Below, in pieces: positions 11,901 through 26,244 of a DNA stretch of 64,000 nt; the stretch's first letter is position 1, and every line of letters starts with the position of its first letter. The translations under genes and the position numbers were made by a program. Origin of the DNA: Ramazzottius varieornatus (Eukaryota > Animalia > Tardigrada); assembly GCA_001949185.1 (NCBI GenBank), contig BDGG01000006.1, positions 1,532,827-1,596,826 of the forward strand, in the 5' to 3' direction. A model generated the notes under the pieces. That model did no database searches and was not told the origin of the DNA. It worked only from the letters and a program-made list of their open reading frames with translations.

Positions 11901-14168
11901 ATGGATGACAGTTCAGACGACGAGTTATTCGATCCGGACTTCGATGCACAGTTTGATTGGGACTCTGAGGACGACCCAGGGAGTACGAAAAGAACCAAAA
12001 GCAGCAATGGAACGTTCAATGGCACGGGAGGGAGAAACGGAGACAAGAAATCTGTCGACCCTTTCATGCCTCACCCTATCAAGCTACGGAAATTCCTCGA
12101 GGAAACCGCGGCTGTTTTGGACGAGCTGATCGACAGTCCGGAAGTCCGAGAGGCAAGAGAAATCCACGCTGCTGCTCAGAACGCTAAGACGAATGGCTTC
12201 ACCGCTGGATCTCGCAGTGGACGACAGAAGAGCTCTCATATCACCGTTCCTTCCCTCGTTCTTAACGGGTTCGAGGTTTATCAGGATGACGAGAGAGTCT
12301 TGAGGGAGCAGCATATGCAGTAAGTGCTTCAGCCCAGTAGCACATCGCACTGTCTATTTGAATATCACCACTGAGCCTCCCAGCAATGACTGACGCGATG
12401 ACGACACAGCAGTGAGATCTAACATACTGCACTCGAATGGCATTTATCGCTCCCGCGATGACGTCTAGCGCAAGTGCAAAACGTTTTCACGAAATTGATG
12501 GTTTATTGGTTGCAGGACTGTTCGACGGCGAGTGGAGGCTTCTGCCGTTTCCTTTCGCGAAAGCCATTCCTTCTCTATGACCCAGCATCTTCAAGCCGCC
12601 CCTGAGCTCAAGACGTTGAGGTACATGAAATTGTCAGAAAATTCGGTATTTTTACGGATCTAAGTTTAACCGACAGGAGTCGGAAGGCCGATATGGAGTA
12701 CGTTGATATCTCGCACACGAACCAAACACAGTATCGGCGGTCTCTGTATTCATATCCCGTCGCCAAAGAACTTGCAGTAAGGGTCCTTTGTCCATCAAAG
12801 GCTTCTCATTATTGAGGGTTGTTCTGTTTTAGTATCAAGTGGCGAATAAACAAGCAACGGAAGGAACGATGGTGCCGAGGGAGCTGATCATCAACGTGTG
12901 GGTCGGTCGGGGACGCAACCCGAAAACTCACCGAGACAGGAATATCCTCCACCAGCTGGTTCTGAACTGCTTAGGATCTCAAACGCTGAGTGATATCGCC
13001 AGTCATATCCATTGTAATGCGGACCCTGCGCTGGACCGGGAAGTGGCAGCGGTTCCAGAAGTGGTACGTGGTACAAATCTGAAACTAACTTCGCTCTGAA
13101 ACCACATACAGAAACGTTTTGTCTGCAAATGAGCCCTGAACGTCTGACAACTATTTTACTTTGTTCTCAGGCTGCGTTAAAGGATGACAAGTTCTTTTTC
13201 ATCGAGAGCACATTCTACTCAGCCCAAATGGACCAGAACGACAACAGGGCTCGGTAAATATATATTATATCGAATTAATTAAAAGAGGCATAAAACTCAA
13301 GTTTTCTTTCAAGACTTTTCTGCGAGGCAACAACACGAAGTTTCAAAAAACTACCCCATGCAAAAAACCATCTTGCGCTTTATCATGGTTTGACTTGTCC
13401 GTGAGAACCCGTGATGAGTCGTAGAAAATTGCCAAGAGCGGACCCTACGCAAATACAGTTGATCCAAACTTGCAATGCGCTGCCAATGCGCATTGAATAT
13501 TTGTCAATGCGCACAGGGTGATTTCAATGGAGAAGCATCTCGCACTAGCTGTTTTTTTCTCTTTTTTATCACCGTGCAAGTGTCAAAAATATGCTTGCAG
13601 ACATTACCATACTAGTCTCCAAACTCCCGAGTTCAGTTCGGTACTTGGAAGGGATACCACAGTGGAGAGCATCGACAGTGTGTGCTTGCTGGACATCGAA
13701 ATGTCCTTAGGCAAGCCTTACGTCTACACTCATGGCGTCACGGGCTGTGAGCACTTTGTCATCTTTTCCGATGTTCGTCTATTGCACCCCCTAGACGAGC
13801 TTGCCCTGACCAGATACCCGCGAGTCCTCTATCAGTCACGCAAACCCTACGCTTCCTGCTTCATCTGCAAGAAGTCAGCCAGGTATGTTTTCTTTCACGT
13901 GACCATTTATATGCTTTCATGGACAGTAACATTGTTGTTGTTCTTCAGATATCGCATCAGTGGATCTAAAAGGTTTCCCCATCCGGTGACTAACCTCTGT
14001 CATAACTGCCATACTAGCTTCAACCTGAACGATAATGGTCAGCCGATCGAAAGTGCGTTGGAGGTTAATGTGATACCGGGCAAAGCGGCCTGTGTGATGG
14101 ACCTTGATGAGGAAGAAGCCTCTGAGGTTGAAAATGAATCTGAAGTTGATGAAGACGAAATGGATTAA
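11901..14168 (+). CDS. SNAPC3: snRNA-activating protein complex subunit 3 (SNAP50/PTF-beta); multi-exon
   Basis: LGSQTLSDIASHIHC, FFFIESTFY, and the zf-SNAP50_C-like GKPYVYTHGVTGCEHFVIFSDVRLLH...YP...CFIC...NLCHNCH; GT-AG introns. Confidence 0.88.
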
Positions 14169-14774
14169 CCATGTGATTTTCGAATTTTGTTTCTTTTCTT
14201 TGTGTTGAGTTCTGTCTTATTAAAAAGTACGAGAAACCGTACTTGAAACCGTAGAAAAACTTTGCACTATATCCTGCTCGTAGTTCTCGAGTTCCGGTGT
14301 TCGAAGTCAGGCAAAGTTGAAAACTGGCTAACAAAAAGCACGGAGGGTACTGTTTTTCGCGAACCAGTACATAGTATCATTGCGAAAAAGCTTTAAAGAA
14401 ATTTGCTGAACGAAGATTTTAATTACTCTAATGAAAGCCAGCTAGAAGATTTCGCTTTTTGGTCTTTGATCGCTGAAATCTGGGTTGAGCGGATGAGGAA
14501 AGGAAGACGCATGTAATGGAAAGCCTGGGCACAGCGTGAAAATAGCGCACTGCGGCTGAGCGATGGCTTTAAGTGGCTAATTATTTTCCACATCGCTCAT
14601 CACGTCCGTCCCATTTAACCGGCCCTAAGCTGTGCTAGAGTTCCGTTGGCGCTCGGATGCCACTCCAGATATCTGGCAGAGTCATCCCGTGTCTCACAAT
14701 CTTTAATCAGTTGAGCGTTGAGGACTTGTTGGGCCAAGTGAAGAGCGGCAGGCTCAGAGCTGCAATCGTCGTTG

Positions 14775-14824
14775 NNNNNNNNNNNNNNNNNNNNNNNNNN
14801 NNNNNNNNNNNNNNNNNNNNNNNN
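14775..14824. other. Assembly gap (50 N)
   Basis: Run of N; flanks CGTCGTT / AACGACG are inverted. Confidence 0.99.
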
Positions 14825-17272
14825 AACGACGGAATCCCCCAACACAAATCCTTGGAGATACATTCCCTTCCCTTCCGGGCTAATGCGCGATTAGGTTCTT
14901 GGATCCCCCTAGCCACTACAGTCTACATTTCCAAGTGGCGGCTCTTTTGCTGCGAGCTGCATCTTTTCCCGGCGCTTCCTGTTCCTCGTTCGGACAGACG
15001 CACTGCCATGCTCGGTTTGGAGCCTCGGCAGACAAACTCGTCAAGATCGTTTTTCCCACGTGGCGCACGGCTTCAGCCAGAAATACCGAAAGTGTGCGCC
15101 ACTCGGCAGTACGTTCTTGTAGTTGTTTGTTTTCCTCTTGTTCCGTTTATCTCCGTCCAGACCTCAATGCTGACGCAATCACTCGACCAGGTCTGAAATC
15201 GCATGCCCTTTGAGACCTTGTCAGGCCCGCCCAAAAGGGTTTCTGTTCTGTAAAATCCACGGATCTTCATAGTTTTCTTGGCTGGTTTTTTTGGGTGGGT
15301 ACTCTATGTAGCAGTGAGTCAATCAGGTGTTCGTTTGGCCAATCGACGCTTCAATTACCTCTTGGCCATTCAACGCACGTCATTTCCTATCAAAAGTTCT
15401 ATAGACGCAGGATAAATTCAAATATGAAGTCCTGGCGAAGTTTGTTTACCCCGCCGATCGCGGTCTTTGTTGGGCGCACGAAGTAACTATTGAATGTAGA
15501 GGATGTGGACACAAAGGCTCTTCGATCGACAGCGGAGGCCTGAAAGCTATCTGCACGACGTCCCAAGTTATCGCGACTATTATACGCCGCCACGCACCAG
15601 GAGCAGCCCGATATTGCTTGCACCCTTCCGCGCCCATTATTCCACATCCACACTTTTTAATCTGGCCGAAGAGCCTTTCGGACGCTTTTCACTGAGCCAA
15701 TCCCAAACTCGCACCAGAATGTAATTTACCATTGTGTACAGTGAAGAACCAGGGCATGAAGAAGCTCTATACTTTGGCCAACCGTTTCATTGCAGAATTC
15801 AATCTCTGGGTTTTTTCCATGTGAAAAATACCGTTCCTATTGTCGTTCGAAGACCGGGTCTCAACCGCAGAAAAATGGCAAAGCTGAAAACGGCGAATTT
15901 TCGTGCTTCGCAGTGGCGTCGTTGAATTTTGTCTTGCTTGTCAATGAGAAACTGGTTTATCCTATGATCTCGCATTGTTCTTGGTTTATGCTTCTTTTCC
16001 CGATGATTCTGAAGGTGGAAGAAAGTTCTGATGAATGGGATGAAGATCTTATTTGCTTTAGCAATCAGGGGAGGAAATACTTTGTCGCCGGGAGAAATCA
16101 AGCTTGTCCAGTTCTGTCAAATTCAATTACCGGAGTTGAGCCATCCATCGCCTGCAGAGGGCAAGTGAATACGGTATAAGAGGAAGAAAAGGAGCCTGTA
16201 CGATGCTCGCCGACTCGTATACCATCAACGTCTGAAGAGGGAAGAAACAGGAAACAAGTCTTCGCCCATCGATATATCGATATCTGGGGAATGCAAAAGG
16301 CGCGTACTCCGCGTTCTGGATGAGGAAGAAAGCCCCGCCCTGGCTTCCCGTCTCATAAATACTTGAATGGGAATTTAGTTGACTATGTCAAGTTGGGATA
16401 GTGCTTTTGCCCGTCATTCGAGGGAACGAGATTGATGGAGTAGTATGTGGTAAAGTTTGTTCGTAATGGAGCGCGGAATATGATATGGTTGTGCATTAGA
16501 GGTTGTAGCCCAGATATATCCAGAAGAATGGAATTTTGGTGGGGATGCCGTTAAACGATTACTGGTTGCAGAGTGTGTTTGTCCATGTTCTGCTTGAGCA
16601 GTGATGCAGCTTCTGGCCAATGCATGTCATAACTGAACCTCCTTGTCCCAACCGCGTCACGCCACTGTAATTACTATCCCTTAATCAGGCGTAACGTCCT
16701 TATTGTGGTCAAGTGTTCCCTCTCGCCTAATCATCCCCGGATAACAGCCTCATCATCCTTCTAGATACTCAATCCGCAGCTGCATTACTTGAAAAGGTGA
16801 ACTACCGTAAACTCTCTGCTCTTCCTCGTTGCTGAATCTTGCCATTGTTTTCTGTGGACAAGCTGATTAGTTGAAAACCCTAAAACATTTTCAGATGGTA
16901 ATGAGTTTCACAAAGCGTTTCGATTCTATTGAACTCGCAAACCGAAAATCTTTTCTAACTAATAATGGGTTTAAAAAAAAGTAGAGCAATGGCCAAAGGA
17001 CGCAAGTACCTTGTGGGTGATTGAATCTGGTTGTTGTGCTGGGCGGAGAAAATTAAGTTTAGCTGCTCATTTGCGAGGCAAGTTATAATCGAATGAAGCC
17101 CCATGACTCTTCGGAAGTTGCCCCATATCCACAAATGAAAATCTCCGTTTCACTATCATCATCTTTCAAACTGTGTACTACTCAGTACTTTCGGTTATTG
17201 ATTCGTAAAAGTAAACGCGACTGCACAGTTTGTAAATCACAGTACATATTTCCATATTCAGTTCCAGACACA

Positions 17273-18020
17273 ATGCCGGCACGGGATTCCTCATCTTCCC
17301 GCTCCAGCTCGGAGTCCTCCAGCCACAACAGCTCGAACAGGTACTTCTTGTTGCCACTTGAAGAAACCTGATTCATCTCTTCATATCATTCAAAAATTTT
17401 CTTGTTCCTTTTGTACAGCCGCCACTCCGAACAATCGGAATTTGACGAACCCACGCAGTCTAGTAGCGCTAGGAGTCGTGGCGATCGCCGCTCCCACGAG
17501 TACTCGCCCCATGGCGCGCACTCCCCTTTCTCTTCCTCTTCGTCTCAAGAATCGAGTAGCACTACCACTTTAAGAAGTTCGGTAAACAGAAAGAGCTTTA
17601 ATACCATGAGAAAAAACGGCCAGTCCCATGCTCGGAAACGAACACCGAGATCGCCATCGGCCCTTAGCTCCCAAGGTAAAAGTAGACAAAGTGCGCGTTC
17701 CGCATCTTCCTCATCGGAAACCGACACGGAAGCAAGCTCCCTTTCCTCCAGCTGGTCATACGGTAGTCCTGCTAGCACTACCCACAAGCGTAGACGGAGT
17801 GATAGCCCAGACTATCGGGATGCACGCAGAATAACGAGGTATGTTGCTCATCAGTCCCGAATAATACGCCGTATTTCCTGGTGCGGAGGTAACCGGGAAC
17901 GCACTTTCTCTACCCTTCAGTATCGAAGTGATTTGTTGCAGTTCGAGAAAGTTACCAGTTCCACTGACTGCAGAAGACCGTTATCGCTATCGGCTCAAAT
18001 TTCCTGGAAAGAAGACGTGA
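17273..18020 (+). CDS. Putative 3-exon Ser/Arg-rich low-complexity protein (~195 aa), unknown function
   Basis: Exons 17273-17340, 17419-17838, 17921-18020 join in frame through GT-AG sites; no family recognised. Confidence 0.45.
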
Positions 18021-20526
18021 TGCAGTCGACCAGTGAAGAAATTTTATTGATACTCTTTCCACACTGCACAATCTGTGATACCTGAATATTTCAAACATCG
18101 AGAGCCATGCATGTTTGGGCACACGTATCCAGACTCGAGCCTTTGTTCCTAACATCACGTCCCTTTGGTTTTATGACGTTAGATGTAGTCTCACTATTTC
18201 TTTTCCTCTCGTGACAGAGGAAGACGTCCGCGATGAAGCAGCGGCGCAGTATCATGAATACGTACCAGACAACTGACATTACAGTAATGATTCTGTAACG
18301 TCGCGAATTGACGTTACAGTACCCGTAGAGTTTATGGGTATGGTAACGCATACAGCACACGCTTACTATGACGCAATGCGCGAAGTTCACGATGCATTAC
18401 ATTATTAATACTTGAGTTAGATGTGATGGCGCACTCTTACAGGGGAAGATTTATTGTCCTGTATGACCTGTATAGCGACAAAATGATCAGCATTCTTTGT
18501 GCATGACTGATCTTGCGAGTTGCAAGTGTATTCTTATCGGCATTTTGTTTCTCTCCTGCGTTGTACATGTCCACGTTTTATCGAGTCTGAGTTCTCGTAC
18601 TTTTCCTGGTTGTGGTGGCACACAGGGCGTAAATATAGTATGAGATTACGGATCTATGGGTATGCGGATCCTTGACCGGTGAACCTTCAATTCAGCGATT
18701 GTGTCTAAGATAGGTTAGTCGAGGGAGTATTCTTTGCCACTGCATATGCCAGTGTTAACCAGCTTGGGTGTAGCTGGCATCGAACTGCTTGCGCAGGCTG
18801 TCGTAAGCGTCCAAACCCTCTTCTGGAACGATTTGATAATATTTGGGTAAACATCGCGTGTTTCGAAACGTCGCTCAGTCAAAACACCTACAGTATAAAG
18901 ATTAAGTCGCCACTCCCGTCCACTTTGCAACTGTAGCTACGGCCTTGCTCCGCCCCTCTCGTGACGTGTAATCACATTTTGCTCTCCGGAGATCCCCTTA
19001 TTTTCGAAAAATAGCGTAATCGGAGTTACGGTTGGCTAGCATTGGGGAGCATGGTGGCTGCCCAACTATTCAAAGTTCTGATCAACTGCTGCGCTTATGA
19101 GTGACGTTGCAACTCATCTTAACTACAGTGGGACTTTCATCTGGCGGTGGCAACGAAATGTCTTTACTGATGGGAAATGCAGTCAGCGTTTGTTTGTCCT
19201 TCTGGAATCTGGAGAAGCACAAAATGGAACTGGGCCTCTACTTTTGTTTCCCTCCATTAGCCGATCAAAATCCTGGACTGTGGCCCGGCAGGATTTACCG
19301 GAACGTGGAGCTGAACAATGAGGTCAAACAATCGATTCCGAATGGACAAGAGAAGATCCCAAACCACCGTGCCATTTTGCAGCTCGTCAAGGGTGAGGGA
19401 GATGATGGTATTCCACCGACGCAGTACATCGTCATCGAAGATGAATCCTTCTTCGACAAATACAGTACGGATGGGCCAACCACCTGGAACATTGGCGTAG
19501 AAAAAAGTCAGACTGTCTGCTTTTTTTTCGTTGTTTTACATGAAATGTGCACCTTTTCACGTTGCTTCCGCTGAGCCATGGCTTGTTGGTATGCAGTGAG
19601 AACTCGTTTGGAAGAGTTAACTGTATTGACTTCCTGTGAGGTAGATTTTTCGGCAGGAACAAACCGGACACTCTACAACTCTATGCGCAGTTATCTTTCC
19701 CCAGTTTGATTTTAACGGAAGTAAAACTTTTCGGGTTCTTCTTAGAAAATAGAGAAGATCGCAAGAAAGTCAGACTAAGTGAGTGAATGAATTAATACCG
19801 TTGAATTCGACCATTTTGCCGGGAAACCGCTCCTCGTGGAAAAATTTATAATTTTTGTTCTTAAACAGGGGTTCCCACTTACGACTGCTGTTTGTATAGC
19901 TCAGTCATTGGAGTAGTTTCTTCAGGTGTCAGAATCGCGAGACCTTGTCAGACAGGTAAATGAGAACTTTTTGAAGTACTCTCAAAATCTCAAAAAGTTG
20001 CCGATTCTTGCAAATCCAGTTTTTGCGAAAAGCCTTCCCCCACTCAGTTTTACCCAAGTCTGCCCAAAAGCGTTTTGGATCCAGATAGGTCGATGAATTA
20101 GTTCCCCTTTAATGCTTTCAGTTGCCGAAAAAGGTTTCAAACTATCTCGAGAAACCTTGTTCCCAGGCCTGCACCCTGCATTTTGGCTCAATTCCGCCGC
20201 GGTAGCTGTATCAGTGAATCAAAACGTGATACAGAAGAGTTCGGTATTTTCCCCAGAAATCAGACTACCGTTAAACAGTTTGCAATCAGCAGTTTTAGTC
20301 TGAAAGAGCAGAAGAGAGAAAACCGATTTTTTCCGGAGGGAGAAACAGTCAAAAGTTCGCCTGGAAGCAGCTACGCGGCTGCACCCTGCGTAGTCCTGGG
20401 CTGATACTCGACTTCGAGTAGACATTCTTTCCGGGTAAGTTATTTTTGAAGGGTTGCAGCAGGGATACTAAGTTAAGAAACAATTGTTGTGAGAACCCAC
20501 CCACACACCGTCGAGAGCGCTGTGAA

Positions 20527-23500
20527 TAATGATGAGCATTACATTTTACACGACATTACAACCGCTAGGAACTTGTAATGTAAAATATAGAGATGTAAAA
20601 GTGTAGTTACAACCGTGAATACATGACGCCGCAACGAGAGAAACTCGTAACGTCAAGTGATTGTGGCACGGTTTGATTGAACATGCACGCTAAGTCTGGG
20701 TTGACTGCTTGACCAAGCTTGTAGGTGCCTGCGTCGCCAGTGCTAACTTGTCTCGTGGTTTAACGTGTTTGAACTGGCATATTTCACTTTGATCTTCGGA
20801 TCTCCGTTCTCGAGGTCGTAGTTCCAACATTTTCATCTGTTTTCACGTTTGAAAGTGTTACTACCATGTCTGACAACGAAGAAAACGACGGCGGCAGTGA
20901 CACGGAGAGAGATAAGACAGGTAATTGTTATTTGCGAACCACTTCCATGGGTATTAGAATTGTACCAGATTTTAGCCAATAACATTCTGACTATCATTGA
21001 TTGTTGATAGGAGACAGCAAGCCCGGTCGACTCGATGTATGGGCAGAATTCGAAAGAAGTTCCAAATACTGGCTCAACTCTAAACTACGCCAAGCCACCT
21101 GCAAGCACTGTGTGGAAGCTGGAGTCAAGAATGTCAAGCCTATTCGAGGAGACAAGCCACGGATGGAGCAGCATCTGAAGAAGTGTGTCCACGTTCCTCG
21201 AACCGTCCGAGAGAAGCAATTTCCGGTGACTGTCAAGCGAGCATCGGCAACTGAGACTTCCACGGAACTTGCCACTAAACGTGTGAGAAGTCAGAGCAGT
21301 TTACTGGGCTTCGTAGATCGTCCTCTAACAAAGGATAAGCAGAAACAGTTCGAAGAATTGTACGGTGATGCATGCGTCAGCTGTAACATCCCCTTCAGCG
21401 CGGCCGACGATGCCAGAATGGAACGTCTACTTAAGTTCCTCGTCCTAGTGTGGTCATTCCCAGCCGATTCACAGGTGCTCGCCGCATTGTGCCAGCACGT
21501 ATAGCAGACGCAACGTCCGAAGTAACGAGCAAGCTGACGGATCAGAAATTCGTCACGTTAACGTTCGATGGATATAAGAACGTAAACCGCGATAAAATAC
21601 TGGGTACCGAAGAGATTTCTGCAGCTTCTCTTATGGCTTGTGATGCAATGGAAAAATGGGTGTTTTGTAGGTTCCTTTTGACAGTACGAGATGAGAGCGG
21701 TACCGTAAACTTCACCCTGGGATCGGCTCTCGATATTACTGGCGTTAACTATGACGGTGAGTACGTGATGAAAGAAAGCCTTTAAAAGATTACCCAGGTG
21801 AAGAAAGAGTACAAGGCTGACGTCAGATATGTCACATGCGACTCCGACGTTGCTCATCGTAAAGCCAGGCGTCTTCTTTCGGAAAAGTCCAGTTTAGAGA
21901 AACCCTTCGTCAGAGTGATGTAGTGTCCAACTGGTTCCGCAAAAGCAGCTTGTCGCAGGGCAAGTTACGCGATCTCCAGTTCGAGTTTTACTCCAAAGAA
22001 ATTTCCATGCCTGGATGGACACAAACGCGCTGGTACTCCATTCATGTGAGCGTGCAGCGAGTACTGGATTCCAAGAGCGCATTACAGGTAACTATTGTAT
22101 GCAGTTATTGTAATTGGGTTCGTAGTAACTGAAAGTTTTGCAAGAACGAAATTTCTGTACAGTAGAATCCGGTCAGCTTTGTTTTTGTAGATGTATGGTG
22201 TCAGGTATGGTACGAACTTGGGCCTCGTTCCGTTCGAGCTGAAAGTGGTTCTGGATGACGACGATTTCTGGGCTGGCGCGAGAGAAATTGCTGTCGTGCT
22301 GAAGCCTCTGGTAGAAGCACAGAGAGAAGCAGAGTCGGATAACTGCACGATTGCTGATATGGGAGCGGCTGTCCGGAATATCTACGTAAGTTTCTCGCAC
22401 CTGAGAGACCGGGACATTTCGTGGACGCTGATGTCTCAGTTGGAAAAGCGATGGAGGAGCTTCTATCAGACCGACGTTGTTGCTGTGCCATGTTCCTCCA
22501 CCCCAAGTACAAGCTCAACTTGTTCCGCAGCGACCCAGCAAAAGTCCACAGCGGTGTCATCTACAAATGGACTAGCGACCTATATCGACAGTTCTTCCGA
22601 AAAGACCCCACGAAACTGTTAACCTCTGCCATTCATTACAGCGGAAGTAAGAACATTTTTGACGCGAAATACACCAGACAACTGAGCAATCCGTTCGACT
22701 ACTGGTCGTACGCCGAAGCTGAACACGCCGAGCTGGCTCAGTTAGCAAAGTTTCTCCTGTCCGCATGTCCTCACGCCGCAGCCGTGGAACGATTCTGGAA
22801 GAAGATGAAGGAAGTCCACACAGCCAACAGGAACCGACTGCAGCTAAGCTTGGTAAGCGGGATGTGCACACTGAAGATGAAACTTTGCCGGGAAGATAAC
22901 GTGCGAGAAGCGGAAAAGCAGAAGAAAACGGAAAAGAAAGCCGGCGAAGGTGAAACAACATCACATTGCGGAGTTCCAACAATCGAAATAGAAGGTGGAG
23001 CAATCGCCGATCAAGGTAAAGAACGGTCTTCTAATTATATGAAATATATGAAATATATGAATATCCTTCTGATCATAGTTTGAACGCTTGTACCAACCGT
23101 GATTCAAAGGCCTGTACTTATTAGAGCATTGGTTTTGCAGGGTCGCGCTCGGGTGATCTGATGAGGCTAGAGAGTCAAACATCGGAGCTGGATGAGCTAT
23201 TCGCGCAAGACAAGGAAGCGGCAGAAGAAGACGGTGATGGTGACCAACCTGCGCTTTCCGGCGAGAAGTTTTTCACGTTGGCAGAGTTGTTTAATACTTC
23301 TGGTGTCTGAGTTTAATCAGTGAACTTTATCGGTAAGCTTAAATTTATCGCGGTCAAGTGTTCTAGAGTAATATATTGTTCCGTTATTGCTCTGGGTTGT
23401 TTCGAACAGTTGTTGCAGTGTTTTCACACCGGACCCGCACTATCGACTGTAAAATGTAATTCGTGTACAATGCAATTACACGTTTGTAATTACACCATTT

Positions 23501-23551
23501 TACACGACATTTTACATTACACGGACCAGCTGCGTGTAATGCTCATCATTA
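20527..23551 (+). mobile_element. Full-length but decayed hAT transposon
   Basis: TIRs TAATGATGAGCATTAC / GTAATGCTCATCATTA; 8-bp TSD GCTGTGAA / GCCGTGAA; TTACA subterminal repeats. Confidence 0.92.
20866..23310 (+). pseudogene. hAT transposase with frameshifts and stops
   Basis: BED finger (W..F..CKHC..HLKKC), TLTFDGY, TRWYS, FLHPKY, PFDYWS..ELAQLA..AVERFW..HTANRNRL dimerisation domain; frame breaks at about 21450, 21783 and 22485. Confidence 0.85.
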
Positions 23552-23919
23552 GCCGTGAATATCATGAGGTGGTAGTCACTTGGCCCATCCACACTGTATC
23601 TCTATGAAACTCTCACTCCATAACGAGAAGCAGAGTATTTTGCCATCCCATCGAAATCAGCCAGAACGAGAAAATATAGGTTGAGAATCATACTTGCCGA
23701 TTTCTGGAAGTTCAGATTTGGTGAGGCACATAATGTAGATGCATTTCTCTGACACATAGATGGTACATAGATGTTATCCCTGGGCTTTTTGCCCGCTGCA
23801 TGCTCCCTTGCGTTGCAGCCGTCCCATTACGCAATGTTCTGGTTCAGGTGACACAGTATGGGTAACTCACAAAGCTTCCCTACAAAGGTCCGTTTTTCCA
23901 GCGAGAAGAAGCCATAGGT

Positions 23920-25430
23920 ATTGTGAAGGACGACAAGTGGATAGGTATCGAGCTGTCGGTAAAGTTCGCGGAACAAGGACAGTCGATTGAGAGATTCCAA
24001 AGACGTCGCCAATTTTCCTGTCCCAGATGCTGCGCTTTGTTTGTGCCGTTCACTTGCGTCCGTTTCACCGAAGCGACTGGCAGAAGGCAAGGAGAACGAG
24101 AATGAGGACGATCTGGACAGTGGTTCGGACCATGTTAGGCCTCTAGGGGATGATGAGAGATGAGGTGAAAAAGATGAGACTGGACGAGATAAAGTTTCGC
24201 TACCGGAAGCCAAAGACAGCTGACGGGTGTTTTCCGGGTATTTTGAGTTCATTTTCATATCTTTTCTGGGATATGTGCAATCTTCCCAAAACTTTTAGGG
24301 ATCGTATCCGGATGTAAAAACTACCTAGGTATCAAATCCGGAAGCAAAGAGATGAGTGCATATTTTACTATAAGCTTTCAATAACGATCCACAGAATTAG
24401 AATCACCCTGTACGTAGCACCAGTTCTGATACAAATTCTTATTCTTGAAGCGCCTTACTCTTCTTGACTGCCATTGGCCAAAGATAAGCCGCAAAAATAC
24501 GCCATCATAATCAGCAGACAGGTGGTTTCCGACTCCCGGACCCATATGCGTTACAGTGTAGGCAAATAAGGTACTCTAAGAGCGGGCGGGGCAGAATCGA
24601 GTTTTTGACCGGTGACGTAGGAACTAAACAGCTGACCAAGCTGCTATCCAGAGACGTGAATCCCAGCTTGATCAGCTGATTAATTTGAGCCGCAGTTTTT
24701 TACGTCACCAGTCAAAAACACGATTTTGGCCTTGCCCCCTTTTAGAGTACCTTATTTGCCCACACCGTACATGTACCAAACATCGATGTGGAAGCAAGCT
24801 TCACATAATCGAGCTGGTCCTATCGAAGTCCTGTATCCGGAGTGCACGAGTAAAGACGAAGTAACAGTCTGGACTTTCTGGACGCGCGCAGAACAACGAC
24901 CTACACGTCGAACAATACACCGTATTGCGGGTCCGAAGTTCCCTGCTGCTCGCTTCAGTCGCTTGATCTCTCTTAAGGTGTTTGCTGGGAAGTCTCGCGC
25001 GAGAGGTTCGTACTCACGCTCAAGCTGTCTGCGACTTGTTGGTTAACAAACCGCAACCTGTTACCGAAACATTTGATTCCAGAGTGGCAAATTTATCTGT
25101 TAGGCCGAGAGGCGGCGTCAAATCAGACTGCAGCAAGTACGAAAGCTACGCGGAAAATGCGAAAGGGAAGTCCAAGTAGGAAAAACCTGAGCCTGAAGTC
25201 ACCGCTATAAATTTGTTACACTCACTTCATTTTTCAGAACCAGACAAGTTTGACTGTGAGGTCTGCCTATCCAAACGACCAGCCGTTGCCTTTATCCCTT
25301 GTGGGCAACGCCATGCATGTCCAGCTTCCGCGAAAAGGATCTTCGAGAGCGACAGCAAGTCCTGCCCATCCTGCCGCGAACCGATCGGACGCTGTTGCCG
25401 CATCTGCAGTAGGTGTGATGATTTCTAAAC
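23920..25430 (+). pseudogene. Degenerate CAP-Gly/KH/RING gene, paralogue 1
   Basis: KWIGIELSVKFAEQG (CAP-Gly remnant matching MWIGIELSGKFIGKG at 48.2 kb), RIAGPKFPAAR (KH end), RING CEVC..PCGQRHACPAS..CPSC. Confidence 0.6.
24556..24762. mobile_element. Palindromic MITE (~200 bp)
   Basis: GGCAAATAAGGTACTCTAA...TTTTTGACCGGTGACGTA and TACGTCACCAGTCAAAAA...TTAGAGTACCTTATTTGCC inverted arms. Confidence 0.8.
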
Positions 25431-26244
25431 ATTGATTTCGTTTAATCGAATAGAATTAAATAATGTATCTTTTTGTTCCTACTAGCAATATCACGTCACC
25501 TGAAAACTCCCTAAATTCGACGCTCGATATGAAAACTATCCGTTTTACTCTTTTGTACTAATCATAAAAGTATTTTCCACATTAATGCGCCACTAATTGA
25601 AGATTGAACCAAGAATCCACGGCTCGCCGAATATGACATTGTTTGAAGTCTTCGAATGGTGGATGGGCGTCGCTTCCAGCGAACATTTTTATACATAACC
25701 GCAACAAAAAGTGCAGTTATCGATCACCGTTATTCGAGAAAGCGGAGAATCCATACTTGGAATGACTACTGTACCATAGATGAGCCACGTAGACATCGCA
25801 GTAAACCACTGAATGGACGAAACGGTGAGAAAGCCCAATTTTGCAGCTAGTTAGCTTGCTTCCGAAAACTGGCACCTGCTATTGACCTTCGTGTCAGTTC
25901 GTCAGTTTGGCCTAGTACTGTACATGTGCAATTTCGACGCGCACGGTTATCAACTATAATTAACTGCTATCTTCCATATAATATGCGTCCCCGGAACTGA
26001 AAGTAGTGGTTACAAGAACCCCGGGACTAATCTTCTGCAGTTGCAAGATCTCAAAGACTTTGACAGGTGGGCAAAATAATTACTAGTATGGTCGCCGGGC
26101 GAAATGACTTTCTCATTAGTAGCATGCAGGTACGGGTAGAGCTCCACATCGTCGACCTGTCTAGCACAGTGTAGGAAATCACCGTCGACACATCGACGAC
26201 ATCGCCGCCGGTTTGGCTTATGTGCCTTGCCTTACTTCCTACCT

